DNA from: Catajapyx aquilonaris
Lineage: Eukaryota
Length of the DNA: 23,689 nt
Assembly (NCBI GenBank): GCA_000934665.2
Contig: KZ538298.1
Location: 62,001-85,689, forward strand
Direction: 5' to 3'
Both the position numbers and the translations under genes were made by a program. The notes beneath the pieces were generated by a model, which was not told the origin of the DNA, ran no database searches, and saw only the letters and a list, made by a program, of their open reading frames with translations. Positions 1 through 23,689 of the stretch are shown one piece after another. Each line of letters opens with the position of its first letter. Positions within the stretch are counted from its first letter, which is position 1.

Positions 1-899
1 TTAAAACTAATATTTAAACTTTAAAAAAAATCTGTTTACACCCTGTCTTTCCACCAGCCAGCTGCATGCTAACCCCACAAAAAAAAACAGGGGTACCGCA
101 GGGGGGAAAAAAATGTGAATCCTTGGGCCGTAATTAAGGCAAGGTCGAAAACCCCGGATACCCCGATCCACCTGTAAAGCCAGCCTCCCAACCTCAATAC
201 GACATCACCCAACCATTGTCCAAAGTTTTTCGCCTCTGTAAGAAGCCTTCTTACTGCACATATTATTACCTCTCTGTACAGTAGTTGGCCTCCGCACACG
301 CACACTTGAATGCACTGCTTCTCATCCGTGTCGCCACATGGGGCCACCTTATGTAATCGGTCGTTAACCAGTGCCCATGGTCTCGCATATTCACACCTTT
401 TGTGCGCAGTGCGTTCGACTTTATAACGGAGTGTCGGTATGCAATAAACGGACATTGTTGGCCACTATGTGCGTGCAAAATGGTAGAGAAATTTATGGTG
501 AGAGAGTTGCATTTCTCTTGTTTCCAGGTGGAAAACTTACGATTTCTCTTGGCGAAATCTCATGTTTTTTTATATCTGCAAAAAAATAAGGGGCTGATTA
601 TACAAGATATCCTTAATTGTCAATAACTGATAGAAAGAGTGGGGAAAGGTCATTTTTCAACTGAAGATATGAGGGGGTGGTGCCGATTCGACTTCATTGT
701 TAAAGTGGATGCAAGGACACATCAGTTGGGAACCAGTTACGTAATGAGGCTTTGTTCTGGAACCGTGTAAAAGGTATGATGAGCCACCGTACATGAGTAC
801 AAAAAGGTAATGAGACATGTCATGGTGGTATCACCGATTAGTCATTGATGAGATCATTTTTCAGGATATACGGTACTGTCATGTGTATTTACAGTACCG

Positions 900-2230
900 T
901 AGCATGCCACAATTTTTACGGTGGCTGGGATCGTTCACATGTGACGTAATACACAGCGGGGTGACATAATTTATGGATCGTCCCGGCATTTTTTGTTTTT
1001 TTTTTTAAAGCCGGCCAGTCACGCGCATGTCTGGGATCTTGTTCTCAACAGCTGATTGTTATCCGTGCCTCCTGTTTACGGATCTGTATTAAAGGTCAGT
1101 GAGGTCATTCTCGTATGTCTGCATCATTACGCTTTTTTATAGCTCTATCCCTGTAACTTCTCCCCCATTCCCCCACCTCCAACCCGTTCCGCCTCCGGAC
1201 CGAAACGTTCCTTGCAATTAAATAAGGAACACAATTACCAACTTTGGCACTCATGTATCATATTAAAAATGTGTGATTAACATATCAACACACGGCATTG
1301 TACATCATTACCATTGTCGTAGTTGCTGGCATACAAAACAAAATGCTTGAAGTTAAAAATATATCTCTTTGAATACCCGTCTCAAGGCCACCTCACATCC
1401 GCTTGTATGCAAAATAAATGTGTGGTGTGATCATCACGCATATCATCAGCTGTAGTCACTGCTGAGTAAACTACTGTTTATAATACCGCACCGCAATTGA
1501 AGAAAAAATGGTGGTATTCCACCCCCCTATCACGTGGTAACGTCCGCACGGGCACCGCAGCACTGCCTGTGAGTGAATCAGGAGGGAAGCGCGTGAAAGT
1601 GCGCCTGTACTTGCAATCTGGTGGACCCAAAATGGCTGCGTACAGTTGGCACTCCTGCTCTGTTGATGACGTCGATCTGCCTTTCCCTCCCCTCTGCCCA
1701 CTGACCATGCGCAGTCGGCCACCCCCCGGGATAGGCCGGAATTCACCCTCCCTCCCCTACTCTTCCCCCTGTCTCCCTCCCTCTGGTGAAGAGACTTTTT
1801 CGAGTCGGCCATCTTGGAATGGAACCTCGGATCAGACCCGTTCTCTAGCCCTCCTCCCCAATTTATTTTTTTTCTCCCTCCTCTCCCTCTCTATCTTCTC
1901 TCCTCCTTTCCCGTCCCGGATTCACCGAAACCTTTTTAACTTATTTGACGTCACCAGCTCCTTGTTAGCTGCCTGGTCTGTCCGTATCCCGGGCCGCCAG
2001 CAGACCCACCCCGCCCGCCCGTTGACCTGTGTGCTTGTCTCCATGACGCCCGGATCCAGGGATCGCCTCTCGCGAAGGGTCAGTTTGCCTCATTTGCCAG
2101 CTTTATGGTGGGGGCAGGGATGATGGTAGTTGTCAGTTGCAGGGGGGGAAGGTTGGGAAGAGTTTCTAATGGGGGAGGTGTTGAGGCCTCGGGGCCGCCC
2201 CTGGTTGGGAAAGGGGGGGCGGACGGAGAA
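900..2230. promoter_or_regulatory. CpG-rich promoter / first-exon region of par-1, possibly bidirectional
   Basis: CpG is dense here and rare in the downstream introns. YY1/Pho-like motifs occur in opposite orientations (CAAAATGGCTGC 1628-1639; GGCCATCTTG 1807-1816), with CACGTG at 1531-1536 and TGACGTCA at 1946-1953. Boundaries are approximate. Confidence 0.65.
2043..2078 (+). CDS. par-1: candidate alternative first coding exon 1a (MTPGSRDRLSRR)
   Basis: ATG at 2043 and donor AGG|GTCAGT at 2078/2079 in phase 0, compatible with exon 2 (4333). It lies at the 3' edge of the CpG-rich region. Confidence 0.6.
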
Positions 2231-4113
2231 AGGTGGGGTGGAGGACACCAGGGCTATTGTAGGGGTGTGAGTCAGTGTTTTGTGAAGACTGGACCACCTT
2301 TTTTTTGGGCAGGTGCAAGGGGAGGTGGGGAGGGGATGAAATGAGTCATGAGGGGTGCTTGCCAGGGAAGAAATCTGCACTTGGAATGGTATGTGTGCAT
2401 GGGATGCATTTTGGGTGCATGTCTTTGCCTTTTTTTCATTCTGGGTAGCAACTTCTGGGGTTTGAGAAGGACGCACTCAAGCGCAGAAAGGTGCATGGGC
2501 ACAAGCTGTAAACCCTGCACAAGAAGTTGCTACTCATTCTGCTTTTGTCAGCTGCTCATGTGGTTAAACTTGGACTAACACTGTCGTGAAGAGAGCATTG
2601 TGTAAATTGCATCGAACCATTAAGTTGCATGCCGATATGTATGCGCCACAAACAATACAAGTGCTGCTGTGCTTGCCATGAAGGTGTCCGTGCATGAAGC
2701 ACTAGCCCTTGTATGTAACACTAAAATATGAATTGCAATTTGTGATTTTTGTTACGGAAGTTTAGACCTGTGTTTGTCGTCACTCGTGATGAACTTGTGG
2801 CGCACCCTCACAGAGTTGTCCCAAGTTCACGCCAGCTGTTTTGTTGCACTTGCACTACACCAGGAGCGTGTTGTGTGGAGCGTGCCCCCATTATGCAAGC
2901 AATGTCAAAAGCTACTGCTGATATTCCCATTGAGATTTTGCAGTGAATATGGTCAATGAGGTTATGAAACCTTGCTTCACTTGAAAGTGTTAAACATGCT
3001 ATTAACAGCCAAATCACTACTGCATTGCACTAGTTCACAAAGCTATGCTAATTAGGAAATCTAGGAAAGACACAAAAAATTGGGAGGTGGTAGGGAGGGG
3101 TGCAGATAGCATTTAGTGTGGAATTTGTGTTTTTTGTGTTAACATTTTTGTGCTTAATGGTTTGTAAAATGTGCTACTTGCCCAGAAAGGGTGGTTGTGC
3201 CAGAGAAAGAAGACTTGATGCTTTTTGGTTGCTTTTGTGAAAACTTAACACTGTTCCTGACAGTATGTGCTTTTGACCCATGCACATGACCTAATATCTA
3301 GAAGATTTATTGATCACTAAATTGAATGGAAAGTAATTTTGTGCATGTGTGCAGATTTAGGCCTGATCATAAATGCATCACAGCACCTTACATCACATTC
3401 ATTATTCAGTAATGATCTCAGTTGCACCAATGTTGAATAGTGAAAATGGGAAACTGGTATACATTCGAGTGGTGGGTGTATTGATTGGCTTTGTTTGGAG
3501 CACTGAAATGGCAAAAGCAAGATTGTTTCAAGATCCATTTTCAAGTCTTGAGGCTAGTGGGTGGTGGCAGGATGCACTTTGATCCTTATCATACTGGTTA
3601 GAGATTATTTGTGATTCACTGACCACTGCTTAGCACCACCTGAAACCTGTGCTACTGTATGATTATGCTTTGCTATTAGTGTTGTTGGGTGGCACATTTT
3701 TCTTGGATTAAGTGCAATGTACCTATATGTGCAGACTGTTCGAGCATCTGCTATCTGATGTACAAGTTAGCATCTCTGTTTTGATAAGCTACTTTGTCAG
3801 TATGGATTCAATCCTCAAATTAGTTCACACCTCTGGATTACTCCCATGTGTCATAAGTTTTAAGGATGACGGTTCCCTTTTGAACACACCTCAACTGCTA
3901 GCAGAGCAGGACTGTAGTTGTATTTTCCTCCGTGTTTTGCAGCTAGCAACTGTGTTGAGCTTCGTGTGGCGGCAGTCCGCATGAGAAGACCCATGAATGA
4001 ATGGCCTAAGAGTTAGGCCACTGCCAGTCTGCCCGAAGACAAGGCCTAACTAGTGTGGCCTAAGGTCTCTTCCGGACCTCTTATTTTCTTCTTGAAACGG
4101 GGCATACTTCAGA

Positions 4114-18347
<14,234 letters not shown>

Positions 18348-20655
18348 CTACCAGTGGTGGACGTGGACGAAGACTATGAGGAAGGGGAGGAAGAGGAGGA
18401 GGAAGATGAAGAGGAGAGAGAGGATAGGCGAAGGGAGGAAAAGGTGTGATTGCAGTTTTCTTTTTCCCTGGAAAGGTCAATTCTTTTTTGGTTTGCCTCG
18501 TCCACTGCGTATTCAAGGGAGGTAGAGGAAAGCATTGTGGGACATGAGACGTGAGTAGTGATTTCGCTCTTTATGTTGTTTCCCTGACCCCACCCCAGCA
18601 ACTCCACACTTTTTATTGGTGAATTTATTAAGGATATTGATACCTGGCAAGACGTGGGACAGGAAGGTACCCAGGAAAATATTTTGGCTTTGTTGTTAGT
18701 GACATCCCAAAAAATGTATGTAAATACTTGGAAGAACCTCCTTTATTTTCTCCCTCATGTAATTTGGGGGTGATTTAAGGCAGAAGTTGAAAAATTTGGT
18801 TTATTTTGTTTCTCTTTTGATTGACCATTGGGTTATGTTTTGGACAGCCACACAAACACGCAGAACACCCTTATCCTGTGCCCGATTTACAATGCATGTA
18901 GTGTTTGATGTGACAAAAGGAAAAAAAAAGAACATTAGTGCGCTGATCATATCCGTGGCATCATTTGATTCCCGGCTCCCTACTACACGACAAAGTGCAA
19001 GTGATTTATACATTTTTGCTTTCATTTATTAATTAACCATTCAGAGACTCAGTTCTGTGACCCTTTCCCCTGCATAATGTTGAACCCGGTTAGCCTGCAA
19101 CTGTCTTATTTATTACTTATAATTTTTGGCCCCCTCATGGTCCCTGTGTATAGTGTTACGTACATGTTAATTATAATGTTGGAGGGGATCATAACAGAAC
19201 TGGACTGTGTAAGCAGGCTTGCATTGTTTTTTTCCCAAATTAATTTTTTTTTGTATTTGTGATGTAGTTAATGCTAACTTTTAAAGTGGTGTCAATTTTG
19301 ACCTCACTTGACCCTCTCCCTTTGCCATCCCCCCCCCCTCCCCCCAATCCTTTCCATCCTGATCCTCGCACTTATGGGGAAAAAAAGCTTCATACTTAAC
19401 AGCACTGTGGTCCTCTTTTTTGATGTTGTCAGCTGTGCAAGAAAATAAATATGTATACAAAGTTTAAAAAATGAGGTCACATTTTGTTAGCATTTGTTGG
19501 GGAAAGTTTTTGATGTCCACTGCTCAAAATAACAGAACAACAAAGAAAAATGGCCACTTCAGTTCCTTCCTAGGGAAGGATTCAGGCAGACTTGAAGTGC
19601 TTTCTTGTTTTCTTCTTTTTCAACAAATATAAACAAATAGATGAATAAAAAGGATCAACATGGGGGAAATGCAGGGTTTTATTTTTTGCTTGCCTGTTTT
19701 TTTAACTTTGTGATCATGTGTACAGGGAAAAAAATATTGTTGTTTACTGAACTGCCCCCTTTTATCCGAATCCTCTCCCTCCCAACAACTAGTAGGAAGA
19801 AATAACAGCACTTTTTTGATGCGGAAGGCAATATAAACAAGAAGCACTGTTTTGCTTTTCACACACACACAAGAATAACAACACTGGAATTTTTTCTAGA
19901 AAGAAGCCAAGTTGGTTTTTTTCATCAGTGTTTTACTGTGTCCTGTTGTTGGTTACTTAGTGGAAGGACTCCTTTTCCAAAAAAAATGGCCTTTTTGCAT
20001 TAAAGATGATGAACAATGGTTCTAGACAGCTTGACTTGAGGAAACAATATCGCACACGTGTTGTTGCATGTTGATGAATTTAAAACTTTTAAAAATGCGA
20101 GAACCGAGCAGCATTTAGTATGTGATTTATAAACGTCTGTATCTGTCTTGAGCCTACCCAGGAGATAAAAATAACACGAGAAAAAGTAATTTAGTGGCTA
20201 GAGTGGCTTTGTATACTTTTCTGCCAAAGTTGCAACAACAAACAAAAATAATGCTGATTACCCATTCTATTGTTGAGGTCACTGGTGTTTAGGAAAATTA
20301 TGAGTAATGTATGGTAATATTTTGTTGGCCTTCCTTTGAGGAACACCTTTCATGTTGCGGTAATCTTAAAACTATTTGAGAGCATCGTGTAACTTATTGA
20401 CTTTTTGTTGAAATTTTTTTTTTCTCTTAATCCTTTAGTAAGAAAGTTTAGTACATAATGAATAACTTCATAAAAGATTTAACTCATCAAACCATACCCT
20501 ACCTTACCCACTCCTGTTGTAGATATGAATTCCCACTCGCTTGTAAAAATAGTGATTTGAGGTTGTATTTTATTATCGTGGTAATCAATTTCTGGTGGAA
20601 GTTTGAGTCTGGGTATTTGAGTGTAGTGTCAAGTTTATAAATAATGGAAAATAAA
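18348..20655 (+). other. probable par-1 3'UTR with candidate poly(A) signals
   Basis: AU-rich non-coding sequence with AATAAA at 19444, 19644 and 20650, and a Pumilio-type TGTAAATA at 18719-18726. The true end is unknown. Confidence 0.5.
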
Positions 20656-20689
20656 AAAAAATACAACGGTAACTGACATTTGATGCAAT

Positions 20690-20810
20690 CCTGTCCTATT
20701 GGTAACGCCATCTTCACTGTTGCAGTTTCCGTGACAACAGTCCCTAAACACCTAGGTAAGAGTCAAGTTAAATTTCTGAGTGATGAAAATGTGAGTTGCA
20801 TTCTTTTCAG
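20690..20810 (+). promoter_or_regulatory. probable promoter, non-coding first exon and 55-nt intron of the Basigin-like gene
   Basis: ATTGG at 20698-20702, YY1-like CGCCATCTT at 20706-20714, donor TAG|GTAAGA at 20755/20756 and acceptor TTCTTTTCAG| at 20810. Confidence 0.5.
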
Positions 20811-20836
20811 GCAAATTGTTCAAATTATCCAGCAAG

Positions 20837-20921
20837 ATGAACATTGGAGTAGTGACCGCTTTTCTTCTGAGCTGTGCATGTTTGATGTCGGCTGAAAATG
20901 GAAAACCCACAGTAACACCAC
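20837..20921 (+). CDS. Bsg: Basigin-like Ig protein, signal-peptide exon (MNIGVVTAFLLSCACLMSAENGKPTVTP)
   Basis: ATG in CAAG context, hydrophobic core ending at SA, and donor C|GTAAGT in phase 1 matching the next exon. Confidence 0.75.
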
Positions 20922-21979
20922 GTAAGTTTAGTTATGCTCGTGCCTTACATTATAGGCTCGACGAGCCTGGCTTGTGGAACTTTGCTTGGATCAAAGAAAA
21001 TTTTGACCTAAATGGATGTGTTACTGTTCCATTTCTTGAACTTGAGTCAGGCGTTTTTTGGAACTGCCATCCCTGAAAATGCACTTCTAGAATATTGTTC
21101 TATTGTTCCGAGTAATGGTGTCTCCATGGAAATTTGAAAAGTGGGAGGGCCGTTCCAGAAAAATCTAAGAGGCATTCAGGAAACATAAAAGTATCATAAT
21201 TTTTGCTGGATCCCACTGGAAGCTCCAACTGATGATTGATGTATTGACTACCTCCCCTTGTAATTAGTTATTCCCCTGAATTTGCAGTTGGCTCGGCACA
21301 AGCATGCTCTAAGTGTAGCCAACTCGAAAGGCTGTTCTGCATACTTCCATGGGTGCTGCATTTTTTGAGTCTGGAAACCTAAATATTATAGGATGCTGAT
21401 TTCCACAGCTCCTAGAAGTCCATTATGTCAGCTAGTCCATTATAGTGCATTATATCTGCTAGTGTTGTGACTTCAGAATATCGTCTTTTGCCTTGTATTT
21501 TGATTTGAAAATTAGCAGCAGAGGTGATGTTTGCACAACACTATCGGCCAAGCAGAGTGAGAAAATGCAAAAATTTTCAAAATTTAGGAAGGTAAAAAGA
21601 GTTAGTTTGGTTGTGAGAGGGATAAATCCCAATAATAATATATTGATATATTGATTGGGTATTCGGCTAACCTCACAGGGATTTTTTGTCAGACCTTTAT
21701 TGTGATGGTGTACAATTCTGGGAATCCTATTATTGAAGCGCCCGGGCCCACGGGCAGGATGACAGGAGGGGATGTGCAAGTGCAGTGCATCTGACGTGTG
21801 GCCATTTTTAGTGAGCTCCCCCGGGTGGTTTAGTCTGTAGGAAATACCACCCGAGACAAAGCCAGGGGTGACCTTGAACTCTGCACGAGATGAAGGGGGT
21901 GTCCCAGGGCTTTTAATTTTTAATTAGTGACAGTAAGAGCGCTTGGTGACAGTGAGTGCTTTAACTATACTCTCCCTTA

Positions 21980-22251
21980 ACCGAAGCAGTTTGGAGTAGG
22001 GGATATGGTGTCCGACTGCTAATTGGGAGGTCCTGGGATCAAATCCCGGGGCCGGCAACTCTGACCGTGGTTTTCTGTGGTTTCCCACGGTCTTTCCAGG
22101 AAAATTCTGGAGTTGCTTCCGTAATTAATAGGCCACAGCCGCTTCCTTCCGTCCCTACCATATCCCAAAGGGCACAGTAAAATGAAAGCAAAGAGTTCCA
22201 GGCAAAACAAACTTCCCCCCTAAAGAGCCGATGGCTGATAACGGGGTATGA

Positions 22252-22310
<59 letters not shown>
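21980..22310 (+). mobile_element. tRNA-derived SINE with (ATT)n tail
   Basis: 14-bp TSD TATACTCTCCCTTA (21966-21979, 22311-22324); A-box-like TGGAGTAGGGG (21992-22002); B-box-like GGATCAAATCC (22036-22046). The body GGTTTTCTGTGGTTTCCC...AGGCCACAGCCGCTTCCTTCC is typical of insect SINEs. Confidence 0.92.

Positions 22311-22311
<1 letters not shown>
22252..22311 (+). repeat. (ATT)~20 microsatellite, the SINE 3' tail
   Basis: Uninterrupted trinucleotide repeat. Confidence 0.97.
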
Positions 22312-22314
<3 letters not shown>

Positions 22315-22670
22315 CTCTCCCTTACACAATAAATCTAATGAAAGCATGGCTTCAGGGGATATTCATAGTCGGAGGGTATGACATTCTTCAGTTATCTAAT
22401 AACACAGGGGAACAGGTATAACTCATTTCCCTCTCCATCTTTGAAATACATGTTTCAGCTGCGGAAGATGCAAGTTAGAGAAGTTGTGGGAAAACATCGT
22501 GCTTTACTTATTGCATATGTTTTCCCCATGTAACTGAATTCCAAGTTTATGTGTGGTAAGCTAGATCTCAACCAGATGAAAATTGACAGCATAATGTTCA
22601 CATATTGTTTTTGACATGCATGGTGTTGGAGTTTTGGGTGTTATGAAATACACTGGTTCTCTTGATTCAG

Positions 22671-22803
22671 CAGGCGCACCTCCCAAGTTAACTGCCAACT
22701 TTGATGATGCCTTGAACAGAATCAAGTGGGTTACTTTTGACCAGGATATCCTCGTTCTATCATGTAGTCTGAAAGGTTTCAAGATGCCATATGATGTCAA
22801 ATG
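22671..22803 (+). CDS. Bsg: Basigin-like Ig protein, Ig1 first half (GAPPKLTANFDDALNRIKWVTFDQDILVLSCSLKGFKMPYDVKW)
   Basis: TTCAG|CAG| acceptor in phase 1 and TG|GTAAGC donor. Resembles the Drosophila Basigin N-terminus as I recall it (KLVPNYDNAEHQMKFYDIRSPLVLSC...W). Confidence 0.78.
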
Positions 22804-22838
22804 GTAAGCTTTTCAAAAGCCACCGGGAATGTAATTAA

Positions 22839-23116
22839 CCCTGGAACCGTGCCGTGCCTGAAAGTTACGGCAACCGTGCCGTGGGGTCTTTTCGGACCCC
22901 ACGCCATATTTTAATTTTTATTAACTTTTATATAAAACTTTTCAATGTATTGACTATATACAATCATTCTTTGAACAATGCCTAAAATGATCGCTAATTC
23001 AAAATAAACATGCACTTCCTGTTATATGCTTTAAAAAAATGGCAAACAGTTCATCGTAATTTTAATTTTAATGCATTTTAATTCCTTTGGGGTCCGAAAA
23101 GACCCCACTGCACGGT
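22839..23116. mobile_element. piggyBac-like MITE remnant, right end missing or interrupted
   Basis: TTAA|CCCTGGAACCGTGCCGTG left end; 29-bp inverted repeats at 22873-22901 and 23088-23116 (28/29 match). Confidence 0.65.
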
Positions 23117-23370
23117 GATATGGCACCTGATTGCAATTCATTCTTGTGCAATTCAGATGTGCTATTTCCATTGGTGGTCTTAGCTTTTTTGTATCATCCA
23201 AACTCTTTTAGTGACATAATGTTAGGTTTTTATTAATAGGTGGTACTATTTCAGAGCAGGCAGTGGGTGTCAAGTCACAGTCAGCAATTTTTTAAAATAT
23301 GTAACAGGGTTACTTAATCAGAGTTCAACCACTAAAATAATATACATCAATACATGTCATATATTTACAG

Positions 23371-23522
23371 GACCAAATCTGGTTCCATTGTGCCCTCTGT
23401 CTTGGAGAACAACTCAGTGGTCATTCATGACATTGCCAAAGAAGATCTTGGTGACTACATCTGCGAAGCACAAGGACCATATCTTCAGGGTGTTCACCCA
23501 AAAGAGATCATACACGTCAAAA
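23371..23522 (+). CDS. Bsg: Basigin-like Ig protein, Ig1 second half (TKSG...VIHDIAKEDLGDYICEA...IIHVK); gene continues beyond the window
   Basis: TTTACAG| in phase 2 completes the Ig Trp codon. DxGxYxC motif; phase-1 donor A|GTACAG at the domain boundary. Confidence 0.85.
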
Positions 23523-23689
23523 GTACAGTATTTCAAGTTTTATGTCTTATTGCAATATATTTTGGTGGGTTGTGCCAAGTAACACATGCTTCTGGCTGGT
23601 TCCATTTCAATCCAGACGGTGGGTGCCCAGTCATGGTCTTCGATTTTTTTTAAAAAAATATATGTGAAACCCACATCCAATTGAACCCT

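Noticed and set aside
69..455. 128-aa minus-strand ORF and neighbouring short ORFs
   Set aside because: No recognisable domain, and the homopolymer-rich start of the window may be low quality.
1471..1812. Minus-strand ORF MADSKKS...
   Set aside because: Its ATG is part of a YY1-like motif and the product is unrecognisable. It could at most be a divergent first exon, which the sequence does not establish.
1497..2123. 208-aa plus-strand ORF
   Set aside because: Non-ATG start and low-complexity Pro/Ser/Phe content from the C-rich promoter/5'UTR. Only the MTPGSRDRLSRR part is plausible as coding.
21990..22055. tRNA-Ser(GCT) gene
   Set aside because: No convincing acceptor stem, a degenerate B box, and it lies within a TSD-flanked SINE.
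22039..22347. Poly-Asn minus-strand ORF
   Set aside because: Artefact of the (ATT)n SINE tail.

Overview
Eukaryotic, most likely insect, genomic DNA. It holds one complete plus-strand par-1/MARK Ser/Thr kinase gene (kinase, UBA, spacer and KA1 domains). I assembled it by hand from 17 GT-AG exons, 4114-18347, about 778-787 aa depending on donor choice, with a second candidate first coding exon at 2043-2078 in a CpG-rich promoter region. It is followed by the 5' part of a Basigin-like Ig-domain membrane protein gene (20837 to beyond the window). Four short intronic mobile elements are present: a hAT MITE with an 8-bp TSD, a PIF/Harbinger MITE with a TAA TSD, a tRNA-derived SINE with a 14-bp TSD and (ATT)n tail, and a piggyBac-like remnant. 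The most interesting signals are RNA-level controls on par-1. (1) The terminal stop is UGA-CUA, followed by a long-range stem and an in-frame 33-codon acidic tail, a candidate for programmed readthrough. (2) A hidden 36-nt in-frame cassette exon has its 3' splice site sequestered by a 14-bp intronic stem. (3) Candidate KA1-less terminal exons exist, one of them again with UGA-CUA. (4) A 5'UTR carries uORFs in all three frames and mutually exclusive hairpins. All isoform and regulatory claims are predictions from sequence alone.
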